60,759 bases of DNA from the IMG/VR virus record IMGVR_UViG_3300031521_000066; one strand, 5' to 3'. The position numbers and the translations under genes are program-made. Below are positions 35,131 through 44,411 of the stretch, piece by piece. The notes under the pieces were generated by a model. That model was given only the letters and a program-made list of their open reading frames with translations, had not been told where the DNA came from and ran no database searches. Numbering within the stretch: the first letter of the stretch is position 1; each line of letters begins with the position of its first letter. This DNA is from a virus.

Positions 35131-38100
35131 ATGAAAAAAATACTTATAATATTAATTGTTTTCCTGATGTCGGGAATATGGTCGTTCGGACAATTCAATG
35201 GGGGTAACGTAAACGATGTAACATCCAAAATATTCAGGTATGATTCTACCCGTACCGTAACAGATCCTAAAGACTGTCTTCCTTTATGGATGGCACAGGA
35301 GATGATTGTAGGCTATGTTTCTAAGGGAACTGTTACAGCGGCTACAACAATAGCCCTTACATATCCTATAACCGGATCAGGAACTATTACTACCGATGGT
35401 CACTTGGCAGTTACAGGCGATACAATCCTTGTTAAAGATCAAGTTCTCCCTAAATATAATGGTGTTTACCTTGTTGGTGTACCATGGACAAGAATAGGAT
35501 ACATGGATACTTGGGCTGAAATTTATAAATCTTCTGTAATAGTTCGAACGGGTTCGGCAAATGCAAATTCAACGTTTTCAAGCTACATGAAATCAACTGG
35601 AACACTTGATTCTGATACAATACTTTGGAACTTAACAGCAAGATTCCCGGATATGACCAATTATAGGATTTCAGACATAAGTTATGAACGTGGAAGGGTT
35701 AATATCACGCAGGGAGCAATAAAAGATTCAACTCCTGTTCTATTCACTGAAGGAGATTTCTATGAAACTATCCCAGGGTTTGAGATTTCAGGCACAGGAA
35801 ACCCTATCAACGGAAACTTGACATTTGATTTAACAACCGGATATCAAATACCGACAACAGCACAACTGAATAAACTTGATTCATTGCCTTATTCAATTGG
35901 GGATTGGCATGGTACTTTTGATGGGCATGAAGGGAGTTATTACCTTGCATACGATAATTTAACCGGAAAACCGACTATTCCTATTATTTCAAATACCGCT
36001 TATGGGTTAAGTTGGTCAACAAGCCTAGATGGTGCAAGTAAAGCAGCCCTATACGCAAAGATAGAAACATTGGGTGCCGGTGCGCACTCTCTTTCAACCG
36101 GGCATACAGACGTATTAACAAGTAGTGTCGCCAATAATAACATTTTACAATGGAATGGTACTAAGTGGGTAAATAGGAGCTTATCTGCTGCAGGGATACA
36201 ACCGGCAGGAAGATACGTTAACTATATCAATTACGATAGCCATTATTCTCAGGCATACATACGTTATCATCTTACATCTACAAAAGACTCCATTAGTTAT
36301 GTGGAGGCAAGTATTGCAATAGATACGGTAAAGATAGATAAAGTGGGATTTATGTCACCAAATATGTTAAATAAACTAAACGGCATTGAATCCGGCGCAC
36401 AAAAGAATGTAAAAGCAGACTGGACGGCAACAACAGGCGATGCGTTGATACTTCACAAACCATTACTCTACACACGGGCGCAATGTGATTCTATTTATAA
36501 AATTGATTCAATGCGTACCATGAGAAACCAAACGTTTGTTTATTATCACGGAGGACGTGTTGATTCAACGGCAACAATTAAGGTAAACATTGGTGATTAT
36601 TACCAAGGGGGATATGTGTTTTATATTGACCCCTCCCGTTCATGGGGGTTATGTGCCGCTTCATCAGAGTTAGCAACTTCTTATCAATGGAGTTCAACCA
36701 ATGTAAATATTACAACCAGGGGAACGGCAATAGGAACTGGTCAAGCGAATACAGACGCAATCATAGCTACACACGGGGCTAATTGTGCCGCTTATAATTG
36801 TAAACAATATTTAGGTGCGGGTTATACTGACTGGTATTTACCAGCACGGGACGAATTAGACTCAATCTATAAAGTATTGGTTGTAAAAAAAGGACTTCCC
36901 TATGGAACAGGACATCAGAAATGGAGTTCTACACAAAACGTGACGGACGCTACAACCGCATGGTTTCATAACTGGTCAACAACACATGGAACTTCCGGGA
37001 AAGATATTACTCTTTATGTAATCCCTGTGCGTACTTGGTCATTAACAAATGCAAACACTTTGCCCCCTGGTGTAAATGGTGCAACTGTTTATTTTAATAA
37101 TGGCAGTTGGCAGATACTACAAAAGGGTACAGATGGGCAGGTTTTGAAGTTAGCAAGCGGATTACCTGCGTGGGCTTCTGTTTCGGCAGGATCAGGAACG
37201 GTAACGTCGTTTTCAGCCGGAACATTGAGCGGTGTCTTTACTACTTCGGTTGCTACATCAACTACTACGCCTGTATTAAGTTTTACCCCGGTAGCGCAAA
37301 GCCCATACACAGTTTATTCAAGGGGATCAGGAACAGGAACGGCAAGTTTTCAAGCTTTAACCGATGCTTTTATTCCTAACGATATTACGATAACGAGTGC
37401 TGGTGCTTTAACGGTAACGGCAGGAACTTCTTCAACTTCAGTTATCCATTCAAATACCTCAGGTTCAACAGATGTAACTTTGACTGCTGGAAGTGGGATG
37501 ACAATAACGGAAACAGGCAATAATATCACATTATCGTCAACAGGTGGTGGTGTATGGCCTGGTTATCCTGAAAGTGGAATAGTTGTATCAGATGGTAGTG
37601 CATGGACTACTTCAATTACCAATAATTCTACTAATTGGAACACAGCCTATACCGACCGTTTAAAGTGGGATGGTGGTTCAAGTGGATTAACGGCTGCAAC
37701 CGGACGATCAAGTTTAGGATTAACTTCGTGGGCTACATCGACAACAACCGATAATAGCACTAACTGGAATACTGCCTATACAAATAGGATTACTTCAGCC
37801 ACATTGCCACTTTCTATAACATCAAATGTAATTTCAGTGGCTCAATTTGGTACTTCTGCATCTGGTATAGTTCCGGCTTCAGGAGGGGGTACAACGAATT
37901 TTATGAGGGCAGATGGTACTTGGGCTGCTCCTCCGGGAGGTGGTTCAACTGTTTCAACCTTTGCAACTATTACCACAAATACATCTCCTGTATGGAATGC
38001 AACTACCAGTAGAAATGCAAAGTTTACAATGCCATCAACTGCCGCTACGTTTACTTCAGGTAATTTAACCGCTCCGACAAATGGTGATATTCCCGCTTGC

Positions 38101-38283
38101 TTGGTTGTTATTCCTTATTCATCGACTGTAACGCTAACTTTCCCAACAGGATATTACTTTACAAATGGACACACGAGAAGTTTTAATATCGAATACGAGG
38201 TTGGGTTAAGATATAAATTTACCTTTACAAATACAGGCTCAGGGGTGTTAATAGATTATGCCACATTTAAGATCGCTAACTAA
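35131..38283 (+). CDS. tail fibre protein with a DUF1566 (Lcl C-terminal)-like domain
   Basis: 1050 aa. GDYYQGGYVFYIDPSRSWGLCAAS...GYTDWYLPARDELDSIY...WSSTQ...PVR matches the DUF1566 pattern. Thr/Ser/Gly-rich repeats. N-terminal MKKILIILIVFLMSGIWSFGQ. Confidence 0.65.
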   Translation: MKKILIILIVFLMSGIWSFGQFNGGNVNDVTSKIFRYDSTRTVTDPKDCLPLWMAQEMIVGYVSKGTVTAATTIALTYPITGSGTITTDGHLAVTGDTILVKDQVLPKYNGVYLVGVPWTRIGYMDTWAEIYKSSVIVRTGSANANSTFSSYMKSTGTLDSDTILWNLTARFPDMTNYRISDISYERGRVNITQGAIKDSTPVLFTEGDFYETIPGFEISGTGNPINGNLTFDLTTGYQIPTTAQLNKLDSLPYSIGDWHGTFDGHEGSYYLAYDNLTGKPTIPIISNTAYGLSWSTSLDGASKAALYAKIETLGAGAHSLSTGHTDVLTSSVANNNILQWNGTKWVNRSLSAAGIQPAGRYVNYINYDSHYSQAYIRYHLTSTKDSISYVEASIAIDTVKIDKVGFMSPNMLNKLNGIESGAQKNVKADWTATTGDALILHKPLLYTRAQCDSIYKIDSMRTMRNQTFVYYHGGRVDSTATIKVNIGDYYQGGYVFYIDPSRSWGLCAASSELATSYQWSSTNVNITTRGTAIGTGQANTDAIIATHGANCAAYNCKQYLGAGYTDWYLPARDELDSIYKVLVVKKGLPYGTGHQKWSSTQNVTDATTAWFHNWSTTHGTSGKDITLYVIPVRTWSLTNANTLPPGVNGATVYFNNGSWQILQKGTDGQVLKLASGLPAWASVSAGSGTVTSFSAGTLSGVFTTSVATSTTTPVLSFTPVAQSPYTVYSRGSGTGTASFQALTDAFIPNDITITSAGALTVTAGTSSTSVIHSNTSGSTDVTLTAGSGMTITETGNNITLSSTGGGVWPGYPESGIVVSDGSAWTTSITNNSTNWNTAYTDRLKWDGGSSGLTAATGRSSLGLTSWATSTTTDNSTNWNTAYTNRITSATLPLSITSNVISVAQFGTSASGIVPASGGGTTNFMRADGTWAAPPGGGSTVSTFATITTNTSPVWNATTSRNAKFTMPSTAATFTSGNLTAPTNGDIPACLVVIPYSSTVTLTFPTGYYFTNGHTRSFNIEYEVGLRYKFTFTNTGSGVLIDYATFKIAN

Positions 38284-38290
38284 AGATATT

Positions 38291-39715
38291 ATGAGAGACT
38301 ATATTTTTTCATTCATATTTGCATGGTGTTTCATACTTCCAATTTCGGGGACGGGACAGATACAGACATATCACAATGGCTTTGTGGCTGCAACAAATAA
38401 CGGTGTTTATTATTTGATGGACGGGGATAATCAGTGGGTGAGTTTTGGTCAAATGTTGAAACCGTCTGGATATAAAAGAAATTATGATACAATAACATCA
38501 GTGTCATTTAATAATGTCTTAGGTGTACATACTTTTAGTCAGAATAATTCATCCACCAATGAGACAAGTGATTATTATAATCTTCATGGAAATAGACTAT
38601 CAGAAATAAGCCTACATGGAAATACCAACCAGCCAACACAGGTAATGATTAAAAAGAACTCAACAAATAAATTTAAAGACGATTATTGGGTTCATGTTAT
38701 TAATATTGGAGCGGCAAAAACTATTGGAGTTAAATCTATTATTAATTCAAAAGATTTTAGCATTAGTGAGGCTAATCTGCAATACTTCACGAGCCTTGCG
38801 ACAGACAATGATAGTATTTTAGTTTGGGCTGGGTCAAATAATATGCTGTATAAATTAATAATTAACACATCAACAGGAATCCCAATACAAGAATCTATTT
38901 CCGGCCTTACCTCCCATACTGCGTCTGGTCATCAAATCTGTTATGACAGCAATAATGACCTGTTTTGGATAGTCAGTGATGAAGGGAAAATTTATAGCTA
39001 TAATAAATCAACGGTAACAGAGATCGAAACTCCAATATCCCCCATGTATTCAGATACGGTTTATGATATTTCTTTTGACAATACCAATAATGCCTTATGT
39101 GTTGGGTACAGATCAGCAAATTTTTATCATTGGTGGCAAAGAGAAAATTGGAACGTGTCCGATTGGACCGTAATTGGAGGCGGAGCTTATGGTACAGAAG
39201 CGGGAGAAGTTCATGTATGTAACGATAATAAGGGAAATGTATTTTACATAACACCTACTGGATGTTTTAAGCATGGAACAGCTGAATATGGTAATGCTGG
39301 TCAGGTTGCCGACCTTCCCCTCGGCACAGTAGTCTATGACCTTGATTACATAGACTACCTTCCGTATATTGCACCTTATTGGGATTATGAAGGAACTTTA
39401 ACAGTTGGATTTTATGATAATACAGGACAATACTTGTATGGATATGATTCAGAGGGTGAGCCATATAATTTTGGAAGTATTTCTCCCATGAATTCAGATA
39501 TAGTATCTTTAAGTTGGAATTCAGACCAACCGCCATCAGAACCATATACTATATTGGTTGGTTCTTTGGCTATTGACAGACAAATATCAGAAGTCTATAT
39601 AGATGGAACTATTTATAATTTATCTGAAAGTGGTACTTTGATTGGTATTTCAAACCCATTTCCGGCTGTTGGTGAATCATGTACAATAAAATTAAAATAC
39701 ACATTAATACCTTAA
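38291..39715 (+). CDS. putative receptor-binding/tail protein with a signal-peptide-like N-terminus
   Basis: ATG at 38291 (MRDYIFSFIFAWCFILPISGTGQ...) directly after the upstream stop; 474 aa. Confidence 0.45.
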   Translation: MRDYIFSFIFAWCFILPISGTGQIQTYHNGFVAATNNGVYYLMDGDNQWVSFGQMLKPSGYKRNYDTITSVSFNNVLGVHTFSQNNSSTNETSDYYNLHGNRLSEISLHGNTNQPTQVMIKKNSTNKFKDDYWVHVINIGAAKTIGVKSIINSKDFSISEANLQYFTSLATDNDSILVWAGSNNMLYKLIINTSTGIPIQESISGLTSHTASGHQICYDSNNDLFWIVSDEGKIYSYNKSTVTEIETPISPMYSDTVYDISFDNTNNALCVGYRSANFYHWWQRENWNVSDWTVIGGGAYGTEAGEVHVCNDNKGNVFYITPTGCFKHGTAEYGNAGQVADLPLGTVVYDLDYIDYLPYIAPYWDYEGTLTVGFYDNTGQYLYGYDSEGEPYNFGSISPMNSDIVSLSWNSDQPPSEPYTILVGSLAIDRQISEVYIDGTIYNLSESGTLIGISNPFPAVGESCTIKLKYTLIP

Positions 39716-39720
39716 AAAAG

Positions 39721-39728
39721 TATATTTG
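39721..39728 (+). promoter_or_regulatory. candidate -7 promoter box (TAnnTTTG) ahead of the lysis cassette
   Basis: TATATTTG at 39721-28; a second box, TAAATTTG, at 39749-56. Confidence 0.35.
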
Positions 39729-39781
39729 ATTATTCGATATATATATCATAAATTTGTTAAACAATTTAAAAAAAAGAAATC

Positions 39782-39841
39782 ATGGCAAAGAAAAAAGTTA
39801 ATACAAAGGACATTCAGCCACCACCACCGCCAAAGAAATGA
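39782..39841 (+). CDS. 19-aa upstream ORF with a penta-proline run (MAKKKVNTKDIQPPPPPKK)
   Basis: ATG at 39782. Its TGA stop overlaps the ATG of the holin-like gene (ATGA at 39838-41). Confidence 0.3.
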   Translation: MAKKKVNTKDIQPPPPPKK

Positions 39842-40197
39842 GAAAGCGAATGTTCATAATACTTTCAATCTACATTGTCATCGAAACGGCTTATTTAATA
39901 TTGGGTAAAAGTTCGATTTGGTGGTGGAATTGCTTGTATTTTATGAACAATGCTTTTTTGACAATCGGGGTATTATCGACAATTAGGGGTAATTTCGATG
40001 CTATTCTGATTGATATAAGTATGTTTTTGGCTGGTGTAAATGGAGCTTACAATATCATCACTGCGATAGATGAAAAGTTTGCAAACTGGGTTAATACCTC
40101 TTTTTGGGTATGCTTGATAATAGTAGGTGTTATTTTTATTCTACTAATCAATAAATGTTTAAAATTATGTCTCCACAGCAAAAAAAAGAATGGATGA
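39838..40197 (+). CDS. holin-like membrane protein
   Basis: 119 aa with about 4 TM segments and a basic C-terminal tail (KLCLHSKKKNG), upstream of the lysozyme. Confidence 0.45.
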   Translation: MRKRMFIILSIYIVIETAYLILGKSSIWWWNCLYFMNNAFLTIGVLSTIRGNFDAILIDISMFLAGVNGAYNIITAIDEKFANWVNTSFWVCLIIVGVIFILLINKCLKLCLHSKKKNG

Positions 40198-40592
40198 AAC
40201 AGATATTAATGGCTGTCATCACGATAATTAGTACTTTGATAATTTTTGCCTTTACTTTCGGTAAGGAAACAAGGTATTCTGAAACAAAAGAGTTAAAGGA
40301 TAAGGTTACTTTACTAGATTTAAACAAGGCAGATAAAACAGAGTTAAATACTAAATGTGCCGAAACAATGACATATATCGACAGGCAGGACAATATAATG
40401 AGAAATGAACGATTATTGCAGTTCGAAGGTATTAAAACTCAAATTGATGATCTAAAGAAAGGTCAGGATAAAATTATGGAAAAACTAGACCGAGCGTTGG
40501 GATTAACATATATCAACAAAAACAAAAGCACAACTAAAAAAGATACAACTGCTTTCAATTCAATTGATATTTACGAAATAACTAATAATTAA
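40194..40592 (+). CDS. membrane-anchored coiled-coil protein (spanin/lysis-accessory candidate)
   Basis: The ATGA-overlap start at 40194 gives MKQILMAVITIISTLIIFAF, a TM segment followed by a charged helical region. The track start at 40155 is also possible. Confidence 0.4.
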   Translation: MKQILMAVITIISTLIIFAFTFGKETRYSETKELKDKVTLLDLNKADKTELNTKCAETMTYIDRQDNIMRNERLLQFEGIKTQIDDLKKGQDKIMEKLDRALGLTYINKNKSTTKKDTTAFNSIDIYEITNN

Positions 40593-40660
40593 ACGATGAT
40601 ATATTTAGGGATTGCTTTTTGTGCTTTTGTTGGATTAGGGTTACTTTTTCACTTTTTGAA

Positions 40661-40867
40661 ATGAATCAACTTCTTTATGATAGGATCCATGGTCACCCGG
40701 ATTATTCGACCTGCAAGAATTCAAACCTGACAAATTTGATTGCTGGTGATCCGGTTTCACCAATCGTCCCGAAAATGTGGGGAACATTGAAAATACAATT
40801 TGACTGGATTAAAAAATTATTCAAAAATGATAACAAAAAAACTCGAATATCACGAAATAACTTTTGA
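40661..40867 (+). CDS. questionable small ORF between lysis genes
   Basis: The ATG at 40661 gives 68 aa and overlaps the lysozyme start by 41 nt; no support beyond being an open frame. Confidence 0.2.
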   Translation: MNQLLYDRIHGHPDYSTCKNSNLTNLIAGDPVSPIVPKMWGTLKIQFDWIKKLFKNDNKKTRISRNNF

Positions 40868-41360
40868 AAGCCTACACGATGGAGACCTAACAATCTTAGG
40901 ACTTCAACCAAAAATGGACTGTTCCGGTATTTGGACGGAGGGATATGGAGAAGCAATGATTTATAACCATGAATTTTTGAAGGGAATAGAGAATAAAGCT
41001 TTAGCGAACCAATTAGCCACCATACACACGGAGCAGGAAGCAATAGAGAACCTAAATAGCAGATTAGAACTAAACTCATTAAATGTTAATAGGTGGCTTA
41101 AAGTGACCTTAAACCAGGATCAACTTGATTCTTTAAACTCACATTTCGATAATTGCGGATATTCCGAAACACTTTATGGGTTGATAAATTCAGGGGACCT
41201 AAAAAGTGATGACCTTAGAGTATTTTGGACTCAGCATTATATTACTTCTTATGGAGTACAATTACCGGGGTTAATCAAAAGGCGTTGTACAGAATATCAT
41301 TGGTTTTTAACCGGTGTTTGGGATTATGATGCATGGAGACTTTATTGGGATAATATTTAA
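40827..41360 (+). CDS. GH24 (T4/lambda/P22-type) lysozyme, endolysin
   Basis: FES...DCSGIWTEGYG matches the E-D-T catalytic pattern. LNQDQLDSLNSHFDNCG and GLIKRRCTEYHWF parallel P22 lysozyme LNQNQYDALCSLIFNIG and LPRRRRERALF. Confidence 0.8.
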   Translation: MITKKLEYHEITFESLHDGDLTILGLQPKMDCSGIWTEGYGEAMIYNHEFLKGIENKALANQLATIHTEQEAIENLNSRLELNSLNVNRWLKVTLNQDQLDSLNSHFDNCGYSETLYGLINSGDLKSDDLRVFWTQHYITSYGVQLPGLIKRRCTEYHWFLTGVWDYDAWRLYWDNI

Positions 41361-41370
41361 AACTGAAATC

Positions 41371-41712
41371 ATGAAAAACATTTTAATTTTATTGCTGCTT
41401 ATTTCTTCTTTTTCGTTTGGTCAAATATTGACAAACAAAGATTCTATTTGTGCCCAACGTGGACACATTTGGATTGTTGTATCTGAAAAACCAGTACCAT
41501 ATCAATATGAAATAATCGACTATCCCGATTCGACGATCAAAAGCATGTCAAATGGAGACATAGTTTTAAAGGTTTGTGAAAGATGTTCACAAATTAAGGA
41601 ATTTACCACGCCAAACGAAAAAGTCACTATTTGGAGGAGTTCTAAATATATGAGATATTTGGATTCAATTCAAAAACAGATACATTTTCCATCTTTTACA
41701 TGGACGGAATAA
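41371..41712 (+). CDS. secreted small protein (lysis-accessory candidate)
   Basis: The ATG at 41371 gives the signal peptide MKNILILLLLISSFSFGQ. Confidence 0.45.
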   Translation: MKNILILLLLISSFSFGQILTNKDSICAQRGHIWIVVSEKPVPYQYEIIDYPDSTIKSMSNGDIVLKVCERCSQIKEFTTPNEKVTIWRSSKYMRYLDSIQKQIHFPSFTWTE

Positions 41713-41743
41713 TTATTAATTAATCATTTAAAAATTATAAATT

Positions 41744-42205
41744 ATGAAAAAGTTTTTACAAAACATTTGGAATTTCATTAAGAATGTATTTCAAAAAGCA
41801 ACGGATGAGACAAAGGTTATTGTACCTATTGCGGTTGAGATTGTTAATGACATTAAGGCTGTTACCGATTCTGGAGCGGACGACGTAATTATTTCGTTAT
41901 TGGAAATCCCGTTACCTGGAGCAACAAAAGTTATCATTGACAAAGTTCATGCTTGGATAGAAGCAAAACTACCTATTGCTATACTATCACTTAATTCAAT
42001 CAATTTAATTGCTAATATAACTGACCCTAATACTCGATTGGTAGCAATAATAAATTACTATAAAGCGCTTTCAGGTGATCCTAAGGCACAATTCTTTTCA
42101 GGGTTGGCAGCAGAATTAACAGTTGATCTATCAGATGGTAAACTTTCAATACCTGAAGCTTATAAATTAGCGAAAGAATATTATGATTTTAACTTCAAAA
42201 AATAA
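41744..42205 (+). CDS. hypothetical protein
   Basis: 153-aa ORF with ATG start. Confidence 0.5.
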   Translation: MKKFLQNIWNFIKNVFQKATDETKVIVPIAVEIVNDIKAVTDSGADDVIISLLEIPLPGATKVIIDKVHAWIEAKLPIAILSLNSINLIANITDPNTRLVAIINYYKALSGDPKAQFFSGLAAELTVDLSDGKLSIPEAYKLAKEYYDFNFKK

Positions 42206-42210
42206 ATAAG

Positions 42211-42570
42211 ATGAAAAAAATTAAAATGTTAAGTATCCTATTATTTTGCCTGTTGGCAGTAACAGTAGTTTATAGTCAAGATGTTGTCCTACCCGTAAAA
42301 AAATCAATCTTTTCTGGTATTTTTGACTGGAACACTATTTTTAATATAGTGATGGGTTTAATTGGTATCCTTGGTGGTACTACCCTTGCATTTTGGAAAA
42401 AAGCAAAGATTAAGATTCGTCAAGCGGGGGAATTACTTATCAAGTTTGCCGATGCCGTTGATGATGACAATGTAGATGCCAATGAGAAAACTGACCTTTC
42501 AGCAGCTGCCAGGGATTTAGTATCAAACAATAACCCTACTATTTTACCTGCAACAAAAGATTTGGTTTAA
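42211..42570 (+). CDS. membrane protein (signal peptide plus one TM segment)
   Basis: MKKIKMLSILLFCLLAVTVVYSQ followed by IFNIVMGLIGILGGTTLAFW. Confidence 0.5.
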   Translation: MKKIKMLSILLFCLLAVTVVYSQDVVLPVKKSIFSGIFDWNTIFNIVMGLIGILGGTTLAFWKKAKIKIRQAGELLIKFADAVDDDNVDANEKTDLSAAARDLVSNNNPTILPATKDLV

Positions 42571-42619
42571 AAATAAGACTTTTTCATAGTTTATTAAGTA
42601 TTTAGGTTTAGTAATCAGT

Positions 42620-42657
42620 AAGCCGGGTTCAATTACGTTCCCGGCTTTTCTTTTTCC
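42620..42657 (+). terminator. rho-independent terminator at the convergent block boundary
   Basis: aagccggg (42620-27) and cccggctt (42640-47) form a perfect 8-bp stem, followed by ttctttttcc. Confidence 0.65.
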
Positions 42658-42768
42658 TAACTATTACCCCAAACCACCCATTTCTGGGTACAAATTTTAA
42701 ACGATCTATTAAAAGTAATGTACTTTATTAGCTTTTAAAGAAAGTGGCTTTAAATGCCTTAAAATAGG

Positions 42769-43578
42769 CTAAATTGATTTAAATAAATCAAAATCCCGGT
42801 TAACACAATTTACAGGTAAATCTTTACGATCTATTCCGGCTGCTTTTAAGAGAGAATCTTTGAAATATACAGGGATATTTGCTGCCTTTTTATGACACAA
42901 TCCATTTACACCTTCAATAAAATAAATCAATTCCTGTTTACTGTATTTTTCACCTGATTTCAGTCCAATTTTATATAAATCACAGAATAAATAAGAGTCA
43001 CATATCATCCTGAATGAACTATCAAAATCAATAATTGGCTCAATTGAAGCAAAAGTTTTAAAACCCAACTCATTGCTTCTTTTTAGCAGCCTTATTCTTT
43101 GATGTGTCTGGCTTGCTCCTGGTTCAAGTTCATCATGCCCCGTTAGTGTTACTCCAATAGCAATCAAATTCCTTTTAAGTAAAAATCCAAAACCATATTT
43201 AACATCATCAGATAAATTTTCCATTTTGGTGAGTATCTTGATGGGAACGTCATACTGTTGACAAATTCTAACAGCCTTAAATGTCAATCCTATTGATTGT
43301 GGCAAACAAGGATCAGTCGTGAAACTAAAGAATAATCCATGTTTCTGAAGTTCAGAAAGGTTTGCTTTTAATTCCTTTTCAAATACTTCAATAGCGTGTT
43401 CTTCGTTCTTGAAACACTTTTTTAACATTGGGATCTGCCCACCCAATACTTTTGCCCCAATACCTTTTTTCAAGTAGCAATAAGTACAATCGTTTGAACA
43501 TCCTACATAGAAATTACAAGCCCATTGAGCGTACTCTTGTGCGGAACCTTTCGGTTTATAAATTGCATTATTACTCAT
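42769..43578 (-). CDS. radical SAM enzyme (SplB/COG1533-like)
   Basis: NFYVGCSNDCTYCYLKKG contains the CX3CX2C cluster motif in the context typical of the N.Y.GC...C.YCY family. Confidence 0.65.
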   Translation of the reverse strand: MSNNAIYKPKGSAQEYAQWACNFYVGCSNDCTYCYLKKGIGAKVLGGQIPMLKKCFKNEEHAIEVFEKELKANLSELQKHGLFFSFTTDPCLPQSIGLTFKAVRICQQYDVPIKILTKMENLSDDVKYGFGFLLKRNLIAIGVTLTGHDELEPGASQTHQRIRLLKRSNELGFKTFASIEPIIDFDSSFRMICDSYLFCDLYKIGLKSGEKYSKQELIYFIEGVNGLCHKKAANIPVYFKDSLLKAAGIDRKDLPVNCVNRDFDLFKSI

Positions 43579-43665
43579 AATTTTTATTTAAAGTTACTAA
43601 ATTTCAATGATTTATTAAAAATTAATCAAATGTTTTTCAAACTCTTCCATTAAAATATGATGTTT

Positions 43666-44175
43666 CTATTTAAAGTTTTTCCAATTCTTTTTTGGATCAG
43701 GAATTTGATCGTTTTCATCCTCTGATGAAAAATCCATAGCATAGCCATTTTGCATAGCCTCATAGTAGTTATTGGAATCTTTTTTGCTCATTTTGGTGGT
43801 GGTTAACCTAAAAGGTGTCTTATAAATTTCACCTGTCCTTAAATTAACCATACCCTCTTTTAGTTTCCATTTTTCAAAAATACGTTCTCTGTAATCATTT
43901 GGAAGGTAATTCAACATGCACCATTCGTGAACATCTAATTTAGATGAGGTTTGTGGTAAATTTCCAGTATCTTTTAAAGCTTTTTCAAAAAACAAGTACG
44001 GAATAGCCCAACGTGCATTGTTTTGCTCCCTACTTTGTTGATCATCCTCTTTTTCGTAAGTCACAATATACCTACCGTCTTTCTTTTTTATTTCTTCTCG
44101 TTGACTTTTGAATCCGGGAAGATTGTGCCAAAATTCGACACCATTTTCAACATCAAACCATGTTTGTAGTTTCAT
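43666..44175 (-). CDS. NinB/Orf-like recombination mediator (tentative)
   Basis: QSREQNNARWAIPYLFFEKA resembles lambda Orf RSLDQNRKLWACLGDVS. A later TTTKMSKKDSNNYYEAM segment resembles TSRMRVGEFAELLE. Confidence 0.3.
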   Translation of the reverse strand: MKLQTWFDVENGVEFWHNLPGFKSQREEIKKKDGRYIVTYEKEDDQQSREQNNARWAIPYLFFEKALKDTGNLPQTSSKLDVHEWCMLNYLPNDYRERIFEKWKLKEGMVNLRTGEIYKTPFRLTTTKMSKKDSNNYYEAMQNGYAMDFSSEDENDQIPDPKKNWKNFK

Positions 44176-44410
44176 TTAAATATTTTAATATTAACTTAGA
44201 TTTTCTTTTTCCGCTCATTATTGAGCTTAGATTTGAATAATTAATATTCAACAAATACGAGGCTTCTCTTAAGCTTGAAAAATGATTAATAATTATCATA
44301 TTGTCATTAAATTGGACTACTCCCTTAAGGTTTTTTATTAAACTATTACCCTTTTGTTTGCTACCTTTTTTTAAAACATTATATCTATGTAGATTATTTT
44401 CACAAATCAT
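44153..44410 (-). CDS. stand-alone NUMOD1/IENR1-like DNA-binding protein (homing-endonuclease C-terminal-domain-like)
   Basis: VVQFNDNMIIINHFSSLREASYLLNINYSNLSSIMSGKRK matches the NUMOD1 pattern; no nuclease domain is present. Confidence 0.45.
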   Translation of the reverse strand: MICENNLHRYNVLKKGSKQKGNSLIKNLKGVVQFNDNMIIINHFSSLREASYLLNINYSNLSSIMSGKRKSKLILKYLNETTNMV

Positions 44411-44411
44411 A

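Noticed and set aside
39726-39908. A 60-aa plus-strand ORF across the lysis-cassette promoter region
   Set aside because: It has a non-ATG start and a highly basic low-complexity translation. It overlaps the better-supported holin-like ORF out of frame.
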